Assembly: GCA_016184305.1 (NCBI GenBank)
Contig: JACPCX010000092.1
Coordinates: 1-11,664 of the forward strand
Origin: Candidatus Rokuibacteriota bacterium
GTDB lineage: Bacteria; Methylomirabilota; Methylomirabilia; Rokubacteriales; CSP1-6
DNA: 11,664 nt
Direction: 5' to 3'
Notes under the pieces: model-generated
Told to the model about the DNA's origin: nothing
What the model saw: only the letters and a program-made list of their open reading frames with translations
Databases searched by the model: none
Position numbers and translations under genes: made by a program
Shown here: in pieces, positions 1 through 6,087 of the stretch
How positions within the stretch are numbered: the stretch's first letter is position 1
How the letters are laid out: every line of letters starts with the position of its first letter

Positions 1-1736
1 TCCAGCCGGCGGGACACGGCGTCGGCCCGCTTGATCGTCAGCGCGAGCTGCGGGACGGACAGGAACGGCGCCTGCGCCCCGCGCTGGACGAGGTCCAGGT
101 CCGCCAGCCGCACACTCCCGGAGGCCGTGGCGCGGGCGAGCCCGCTCCCCTTCATCTCCACCACCGCGGTCAGGTCGGCCGCGAGACCCCCTCGCGCTGG
201 CAGCGCCGGCACCGCCTCGGGGACGTAACGCACAACGCTGGTCACGTCGAGCCCGGTGAGCGCCACCCGCGCGGTCATCCCCAGTGGCGCGAGCCGCACC
301 GGGTCGGCCGTCACGCTCAGGCTAGCCGGCGGGCCCGAGCCGGGAGCCGTGGCGATCTGGGTCTTGGCGGTGAGCTTGCCCGGGGGATCCTCGGCCGCCG
401 TGGAGAGGCCCGCTCCATCCACCGTGAGCCCCTCGAGCCGCCACTGCCGCGATGGGGACACGGTCTCGTCCGTCAGCGCGACCCGCGAGGACTTCACGCT
501 CAACCGCTCGACTCTCACCTTCGGCACCCCGCCGCTGGGCGCCGCGGCTCCTGTCGGAACGGGCGCCTCGCCGGGGGCGGGTGACTGCTCCCCGTCGCGA
601 GCACGCCCAGCCGCCAGGGCCGTGAGGAGATCGAGCTTGCCGTCACGGTCGCGCGCCGCCGTGAGGTCGAGCCCGTCCACCTCCACGCTCGACACCGTGG
701 CCTCGCGCGAGGAGACATTCGCCTCCTTCACCTGCACGGCAAGCCGGGGCAGCTTCACCGAGGGTGTGCTCTCCCCGCCGCGCGTCACCGCCAGCCCCTC
801 GACCGTCACGGCCGCACCCGCGAGCGTACGCGCGAAGACGTCCGCCTCCTTGACCTCCACGGTGAGGCGATCCATGGCTGCGGCCAGGCCCTTGGCATCG
901 CGCTGCCGCACCACCACGGCCTCGAGCGTCACGCTGCCCGGGCCCACCAGCACCTTGAGCGCATCCCCGTCGCGCTCGATCCTCCCCGTGAGCGCGAGCG
1001 TCAGCATGCCGGCCTCGGCCGAGACCGGAAACGTGGGCGCCAGGTAGGACCGCCCGCGCGTGAGATCGAAACCCGTCAGCGAGATGCGCGCGGTGGCTCC
1101 CACCGGAGCCAGGCGCACGGAGTCAGCGGTCACCTCCACGGAGGCGCTGCCGAGGCTGGCGCGAAGGGCCAGCCGGCCCGGCTCGGCGCCGATGCGGGTC
1201 GTGAGACCCGAGGCTTCGATGCCCAGGTCCTGGATGGACCAGTCGGCGGCCGGCGACACCGCGCGGTCCTCGACGATGAGCCGGCCGCGCGCGAGCGCCA
1301 GTCGGTCAAGCGTCACGGTCCACCGACTGGGCGGCGTCTCCTTCTTCTCCGTCGCGAACCGGGCGAGGATGTCGGAGAAGTTGAACTCCGCGGGACCCGT
1401 GCGCGTGACGCGCAGGGTGGGGGCCGTCAAGACCAGCTCGGTGATGCGGATCTCGGACGCGAGCAGCGCAAGCAGCGAGATCCCCAGGTCGAGCCGGTCC
1501 ATCTCCACGAAGGCCTCGGGCCCGTCCCGCTCGGCGAGGCGGAACCGCTTGATCGCGACGCGCCCCGTGAAGAGGTTGAGGTCCACGTCCTCGATGCTGG
1601 CGGCCCGGCCGGTGACCTTGGGGATCTGGTCGAGGGCGACCCGGCGCACGATCTCCGGCAGCGCCCAGAGCCCGACGGCGGAAGCCAGCACCCCCGCGGC
1701 CGCGACAGCGACGAGGATCTTGAGGCGACGGCTCAT
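1..1736 (-). CDS. DUF748/AsmA-like membrane-anchored beta-rich protein (5' part; runs off the left edge)
   Basis: Open frame from ATG at 1736 to the window edge, absent from the ORF track because it has no stop. Begins MSRRLKILVAVAAAGVLASAVGLWALPEIVRRVALDQIPKVTGRAASIEDVDLNLFTGRVAIKRFRLAE...FNFSDILARF: an N-terminal anchor followed by typical DUF748 motifs. Internal repeats DRAVSPAADWSIQDLGIEASGLTT and DETVSPSRQWRLEGLTVDGAGLST. Confidence 0.85.
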   Translation of the reverse strand, partial: MSRRLKILVAVAAAGVLASAVGLWALPEIVRRVALDQIPKVTGRAASIEDVDLNLFTGRVAIKRFRLAERDGPEAFVEMDRLDLGISLLALLASEIRITELVLTAPTLRVTRTGPAEFNFSDILARFATEKKETPPSRWTVTLDRLALARGRLIVEDRAVSPAADWSIQDLGIEASGLTTRIGAEPGRLALRASLGSASVEVTADSVRLAPVGATARISLTGFDLTRGRSYLAPTFPVSAEAGMLTLALTGRIERDGDALKVLVGPGSVTLEAVVVRQRDAKGLAAAMDRLTVEVKEADVFARTLAGAAVTVEGLAVTRGGESTPSVKLPRLAVQVKEANVSSREATVSSVEVDGLDLTAARDRDGKLDLLTALAAGRARDGEQSPAPGEAPVPTGAAAPSGGVPKVRVERLSVKSSRVALTDETVSPSRQWRLEGLTVDGAGLSTAAEDPPGKLTAKTQIATAPGSGPPASLSVTADPVRLAPLGMTARVALTGLDVTSVVRYVPEAVPALPARGGLAADLTAVVEMKGSGLARATASGSVRLADLDLVQRGAQAPFLSVPQLALTIKRADAVSRRL

Positions 1737-1749
1737 CCGCGATCCCCGA

Positions 1750-2352
1750 CTACTCGCGCCGGAGCAGGCGCTCCACCATGGCCTCGAGGCGGTCGAGCCT
1801 CACCTCGAAGCGGTCGGCCGCCGCGCGCAGCTCCCGGGGCCGCGGCGCAGGCGGCGGCGTCGGCTCCCCCCCTCCTCGCGGATCAGGAGCTGGAGGACGT
1901 CGAAGCGCGAGTAGTGTCCCACCGCGTCGAAGGAGGCCTTGGCCAGCCGCCGCTCCTCCTGGTCGATCTCGGCCCACACGGTGGTCTCCTGTCTGAAGAC
2001 GGGCTCGCACACCCACTGGCCGCTCGGGTTGACGATGCAGGTGCCGCCCACAGCGAGATTGTACTGCATGACGTCCTGCAGCTCGGGCGGGATGTCCGAG
2101 AGCGGCAGGTACCACGACGAGGACACGACGAAGGTCGAGTTCTCCAGCGCGTACTCGCGGATCGCAAACTCGACGTCGCAGTCGCGGGAGCCCGGGTCGG
2201 CCTTCTTCGCGCCCAGGTGCCGGTCCATGCTCCACCAGCCGGGCCAGACGGCGGCGTGCAACTCCTCGCCCTTGATGGCCATGGCCGCCCGCAAGAGCGT
2301 CATGTGGTGCTCGTAGCAGATGAGGCCGCCGAGGCGCCCGATGTCGAGATCG
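1750..2352 (-). pseudogene. Truncated, frameshifted duplicate of the 3' half of the nitrilase gene
   Basis: Aligns with 2947-3550 with ~26 substitutions and a 1-bp deletion (C7 run at ~1866-1872 vs CCCATCCC). Starts at DLDIGRLGGLICYEHH, so it keeps the catalytic Cys but lacks the catalytic Glu and Lys. Confidence 0.9.
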
Positions 2353-2353
2353 G

Positions 2354-2392
2354 CACTTGCTCCTTGAGCGTGCGGGGAGGACAGGAAGTATA
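2354..2392 (-). promoter_or_regulatory. Possible -10 box (TATACT) and Shine-Dalgarno (AAGGAG) upstream of the nitrilase remnant
   Basis: Minus-strand TATACT at 2392-2387 in a GC-rich context, AAGGAG at 2365-2360, GTG at 2356. No convincing -35. Confidence 0.35.
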
Positions 2393-2515
2393 AGGGGCCT
2401 CTGACGCCTTGCCGCCGGGAGCCCCCGGAGCCCCATCCGGGTCTCCCGCGTCTGGTGGGGCGACGGGACGCCGATCTCCACCCGCCTGGACCAGCTCCCG
2501 TCCCGAAGGGCCATG

Positions 2516-2736
2516 TCAGTCAAGCTGCCACGGCTCGCGCTCCGCCAGGCCTGCCAGATCCCGAGCGCCGTGGACGACTCTCAGCACCGTCACCGTGTCA
2601 CCACGGAGCCAGTACACGATCCTGTATCCCCGGAACAACACCTCGCGAAGATCCTCCCGGCCGAATCTCTCGCGATGTACTCCTCGATCTCCCGCAGATC
2701 GTTCTCTGCGGTCAGCGCCCAGCGGAGTTCCGCCAC
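2516..2736 (-). pseudogene. ParE/RelE-family type II toxin with internal deletion and frameshift
   Basis: GTG at 2736 gives MAELRWALTAENDLREIEEYIARDS (typical ParE N-terminus). The typical C-terminus FGREDLREVLFRGYRIVYWLRGDTVTVLRVVHGARDLAGLAEREPWQLD* is in another frame, joined at ~2662-2665. The central helix and GR-x-VPE segment are absent. Confidence 0.85.
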
Positions 2737-2909
2737 CGCGCGATTCTCTCTCTGAGCTCCTGGGACGTGAGAACCCGCCCTTCCGCCGCATCCCGCAGCC
2801 CCTTATCCACCTGCTGCTTGAAGTACAGCTCTTCCATGATGTCGGCCGTGGTCACGTCGTCCGGGAGTCTCCGGACCAGCTCAAGGACCTCGTTCTTCTC
2901 GCTCCCCAT
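2712..2909 (-). CDS. Putative antitoxin (65 aa) of the ParE/RelE module
   Basis: Strong SD (AAGGAGGT) just upstream. MGSEKNEVLELVRRLPDDVTTADIMEELYFKQQVDKGLRDAAEGRVLTSQELRERIARW resembles the small proteins encoded upstream of ParE toxins. Overlaps the toxin start by 25 nt. Confidence 0.8.
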   Translation of the reverse strand: MGSEKNEVLELVRRLPDDVTTADIMEELYFKQQVDKGLRDAAEGRVLTSQELRERIARWRNSAGR

Positions 2910-2946
2910 GCCCCACCTCCTTCCAGGCGCTCTCCGACTCCTCTGG

Positions 2947-4011
2947 CTACTCGCGCCTGAGCAGGCGCTCCACCATGGCTTCCAGGCGGTCGAGCCTCAC
3001 CTCGAAGCGGTCGGCCGCCGCGCGCAGATCCCGGGGCCGCGGCGCAGGCGGCGGCGTGGGCTCCCATCCCTCCTCGCGGATCAGGAGCTGGAGGACGTCG
3101 AAGCGCGAGTAGTGTCCCACCGAGTCGAAGTAGGCCTTGGCCAGCCGCCGCTCCTCCTGGTCGATCTCGGCCCACACGATGGTCTCCTGGCTGAAGACGG
3201 GCTCGCGCACCCACTGGCCGCTCGGGTTGACGATGCAGGAGCCCCCGACAGCGAGATTGTACTTCATGACGTCCTGGAGCTCGGGCGGGATGTCCGAGGG
3301 CGGCAGGTACCACGACGAGGAGACGACGAAGGTCGAGTTCTCCAGCGCGTACTCGCGGATCGCGAACTCGACGTCGCAGTCGCGGGAGCCCGGGTCCGCC
3401 TTCTTGGCGCCCAGGTGGCGGTCCATGCTCCACCAGCCGGGCCAGACGGCGACGTGCAGCTCCTCGCCCTTGATCGCCATGGCCGCCCGCAAGAGCGTCA
3501 TGTGGTGCTCGTAGCAGATGAGCCCGCCGAGGCGCCCGATGTCGAGATCGAAGGTCCTCACGTCGCGCGCATCCCCCATGCCCCAGTACACGCGCTCGGA
3601 GTGGGTGGGCATGAGCTTCCGGTGGCGGCCCGCCACGCGGCCGTCGCGGGAGATGACGAGGAGGGAGTTGTACATGGTCATGCTGCCGGGGCGGTCGTCC
3701 TGCTCGTTGAGCCCGATGACGCAGTTGACCCGGGCCCGCCGCGCCATCTCGCACAGCTCCTCGGTGTCGGCCGAGGGGATGCGCACGCTCTCGCGCTGCA
3801 TGGCCGCCGTGAGCTCGGTTTCCCGCCGCACCGAGACGGCGCCCCGCCAGTAGGGATAGGCGGAGAGGAAGGTCTCGGGAAAGACCAGGAGGTCGAGCCC
3901 CAGGCGCCCGGCCTCTTCCAGGGTCTGGCCGATCTTCTGGATAGTGCCGGCCTTGTCGAGGAAGCGGGGCGCGATCTGCGCCGCGCCGACCTTGAGCTTC
4001 TCCTGCATCAT
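2947..4011 (-). CDS. Nitrilase (carbon-nitrogen hydrolase family)
   Basis: Complete E-K-C triad: VFPETFLSAYPYW, HRKLMPTHSER, GGLICYEHHM. C-terminal FDSVGHYSRFDV motif. SD GGAGGGGAG before ATGATG (start 4011 or 4008). Confidence 0.95.
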   Translation of the reverse strand: MMQEKLKVGAAQIAPRFLDKAGTIQKIGQTLEEAGRLGLDLLVFPETFLSAYPYWRGAVSVRRETELTAAMQRESVRIPSADTEELCEMARRARVNCVIGLNEQDDRPGSMTMYNSLLVISRDGRVAGRHRKLMPTHSERVYWGMGDARDVRTFDLDIGRLGGLICYEHHMTLLRAAMAIKGEELHVAVWPGWWSMDRHLGAKKADPGSRDCDVEFAIREYALENSTFVVSSSWYLPPSDIPPELQDVMKYNLAVGGSCIVNPSGQWVREPVFSQETIVWAEIDQEERRLAKAYFDSVGHYSRFDVLQLLIREEGWEPTPPPAPRPRDLRAAADRFEVRLDRLEAMVERLLRRE

Positions 4012-4055
4012 GCTCCCCTCCCGCTCACGAGCGGCCCGCAGCCCCAGCTCCCGCC

Positions 4056-4180
4056 GCGCCGGGCCGAGGAACGAGCCAGACGAGGCCCGAGGAAGGCGCG
4101 GGCGCGAGGCGTACGTGGGTGTACGTTGAGCGCCCGCGCCGACCGAGAACGAAGTATGGCGAAGTTCATCGGGCCGGCGC
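4056..4180. repeat. 125-bp nested imperfect palindrome (MITE/REP-like element or structured RNA)
   Basis: Terminal inverted repeats 4056-4072 and 4164-4180 (15/17 match), GCCA/TGGC, a perfect 11-bp stem 4095-4105 with 4130-4140, and an apical CGTAC/GTACG stem. Confidence 0.75.
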
Positions 4181-5085
4181 TACACGGGCGCCTGGTCGGC
4201 CGAGGGCTTGAGAAACGTATAGACGCTCGTGAAGTCCTTGCGCCCCAGCCCGTGCGAGGACGCCAGGCGATAGACCTGCTGCGCCGCCGGCGCCACGAAC
4301 ACGGGCACGCGCAGCGCGCGCGCCGCATCCACCGCCAGCCCCAGATCCTTGCACATCAGGTCCGTCATGAACCCCGGGCGGTATTCGTTGGTCGAGGCGG
4401 CCCTGGCCACGAGCCCCGGCACCGGGTGCATGTGCTCCATCACCCACGTGTTCCCGGACGACTTCGAGATCACCTCCGTGACGATCTTCGGGTCCGCCCC
4501 GAAGCCCTCCGCGATCCGGAACGCCTCGCTCAGCGCCACGGCGACCACGCCCGAGATCAGGTTGTTGCAGAGCTTGGCCACCTCCCCGCTGCCGACGGGC
4601 CCCACGTGGATCACGTTGGCGCCCATGGCCCGAAGCGCCGGCAGGGCCTCCTGGACGTCGGCCGTCTCGCCGCCCACCATGATGGCGAGCGTGCCGTCGG
4701 TGGCCCGCGGGACGCCGCCCGAGACCGGCGCGTCGATGAAGCGCAAGCCGCGCTCCTTGCCTGCGGCGGCCATCCGACGGGACACGGCGGCGTCGATGGT
4801 GGACATGTCCACGCACAGCGTGCCGCGGCGGGCGGCGGCCAGCACGCCGCCGTCTCCCGTGTAGACCGACTCCACGTTGGGGGACGAGGGCAGCATGGTG
4901 ATCACGATGTCCGCCGTGGCCACGCACTCGGCGGCCGAGGCGGCCGCGGTCATCCCGGCCGCTGCGGCGGCCGTCACGGCCTCCGGGTTGGCGTCGAAAG
5001 CGGTGACGGCGAAGCCCTTGTTCAGCAGGTTCTTCGCCATGGGAAGCCCCATGGTTCCCACTCCGATGAATCCGATGCGCGTCAT
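4180..5085 (-). CDS. mmsB: 3-hydroxyisobutyrate dehydrogenase (beta-hydroxyacid dehydrogenase family)
   Basis: Start MTRIGFIGVGTMG (Rossmann motif; SD GGGAGGG, ATG at 5085 rather than 5127), FIDAPVSGG, AKLCNN with the catalytic Lys, and the MmsB-like segment HPVPGLVARAASTNEYRPGFMTDLMCKDLGLA. Confidence 0.88.
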   Translation of the reverse strand: MTRIGFIGVGTMGLPMAKNLLNKGFAVTAFDANPEAVTAAAAAGMTAAASAAECVATADIVITMLPSSPNVESVYTGDGGVLAAARRGTLCVDMSTIDAAVSRRMAAAGKERGLRFIDAPVSGGVPRATDGTLAIMVGGETADVQEALPALRAMGANVIHVGPVGSGEVAKLCNNLISGVVAVALSEAFRIAEGFGADPKIVTEVISKSSGNTWVMEHMHPVPGLVARAASTNEYRPGFMTDLMCKDLGLAVDAARALRVPVFVAPAAQQVYRLASSHGLGRKDFTSVYTFLKPSADQAPV

Positions 5086-5140
5086 CGCTGCCCTCCCGTG
5101 CGGGATCTGAGTTCGGTGCCCGTCCACTCCTCGATGAGGC

Positions 5141-5171
5141 GGACGACATTGTCCCGTATACTCGTCCGGCG
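5141..5171 (+). promoter_or_regulatory. Divergent promoter region; TATACT -10 box 9 nt before the EamA ATG
   Basis: TATACT at 5157-5162, no SD before ATG 5172, and a short inverted repeat GGACGA (5141-5146) / TCGTCC (5162-5167). Confidence 0.4.
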
Positions 5172-6083
5172 ATGCTCGTCGGGCTCCTGCTCATCTGCCT
5201 GGCCGCGATCTCGTGGGGCACCACCGGAGCGACGATGACGCTCCTGGCCCGTGACGCGGCGGCTGGCCCTCTCCTGGTGGGCTGGGCGCGTCTCGCGGTG
5301 GCCGCGCCATGCCTGCTCCTGGCCGCCTGGATCTCGCAGCGCCGCGCGGCCATCGCCGTCCCCGCAACCGCCCCGCGACCGTGGACGGCCGCCGACACCG
5401 CCGGTTGCCTCGTCCTCGGCGCCGCCATGGCCGCCTACCAGGTCTGCTACTTCCGCGCCGTCACGCTGACGGGCGTGGCGGTCGCCGCGCTGCTCGCGAT
5501 CTGCTCGGCCCCCCTCATGATCGCGCTGCTCGCGGGGGCGCTTCTCCAGGAGCGACTCACGCCGGTCATTGGCCTGTCGCTCGTCATGGCCGTCACCGGC
5601 ACCGCGCTGCTCGTCGTGGGACCGCGCGGGCTCGGCGAGATCTCCGGAGGCTTCGGCCTGGGGGCGCTGCTGGCGCTCGGCGCGGGGCTATCTTACGCCG
5701 TCTACGCGGTGGCGGCCAAGCGGCTTCTCGCCCGCATGGCGCCCCTGCCCCAGGCCGCGGCCACGTTCACGCTGGCGGCGCTGCTGCTCTCCCCTGTCCT
5801 GCTGGCGGAGGGCGCGGTGGGAGCGCAGCTCGCGGCGGGGTGGCCGCTCCTGCTCTATCTGGGTCTCGGGCCGACGGCGGCCTCCTACGCGCTCTTCACG
5901 ATCGGCCTCACCCGCGTGCCGGCCACGCTGGCGGGCATCGCCACGCTGCTCGAGCCGCTGACGGCGGCGACCCTCGGGTTGCTGTGGTTCGGCGAGTCCC
6001 TGGGGCTCGCGGGCGCCATCGGGGCGGCGCTGCTCCTCGCCGCGCTCGCGCTGCTGGCGGTGGCGCCGTCCCGCCGAGGGTAG
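5172..6083 (+). CDS. EamA/DMT family transporter
   Basis: 303 aa with ~10 hydrophobic helices. Motifs LAAISWGTTG, AAYQVCYFRAV, SAPLMIALL..ALLQERL and IATLLEPLTAATLGLLWFGESL indicate a duplicated EamA domain. Confidence 0.93.
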   Translation: MLVGLLLICLAAISWGTTGATMTLLARDAAAGPLLVGWARLAVAAPCLLLAAWISQRRAAIAVPATAPRPWTAADTAGCLVLGAAMAAYQVCYFRAVTLTGVAVAALLAICSAPLMIALLAGALLQERLTPVIGLSLVMAVTGTALLVVGPRGLGEISGGFGLGALLALGAGLSYAVYAVAAKRLLARMAPLPQAAATFTLAALLLSPVLLAEGAVGAQLAAGWPLLLYLGLGPTAASYALFTIGLTRVPATLAGIATLLEPLTAATLGLLWFGESLGLAGAIGAALLLAALALLAVAPSRRG

Positions 6084-6087
6084 GGCC

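Larger units (their letters stand above)
1750..3550. repeat. ~603-bp imperfect direct repeat (1750-2352 and 2947-3550) flanking the TA module
   Basis: Manual alignment gives ~95-96% identity. Homology begins at the stop codon and ends at ATGTCGAGATCG. Confidence 0.93.

Noticed and set aside
1866..1872. G7 tract as a phase-variation switch
   Set aside because: The tract is short, and the copy lacks the catalytic Glu and Lys in any frame. It may also be a sequencing error.
2516..2791. Intact 91-aa toxin or programmed frameshift
   Set aside because: Its N-terminus is an off-frame reading of the antitoxin and toxin, there is no slippery site, and the central segment is missing even after frame correction.
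1750..3550. Diversity-generating retroelement TR/VR pair
   Set aside because: Differences are not adenine-specific (many C/G synonymous swaps), the repeat is ~600 bp, and no reverse transcriptase is in the window.
2455..5238. 927-aa plus-strand ORF
   Set aside because: Antisense shadow of the TA, nitrilase and mmsB genes caused by high-GC codon bias; no recognisable motifs.
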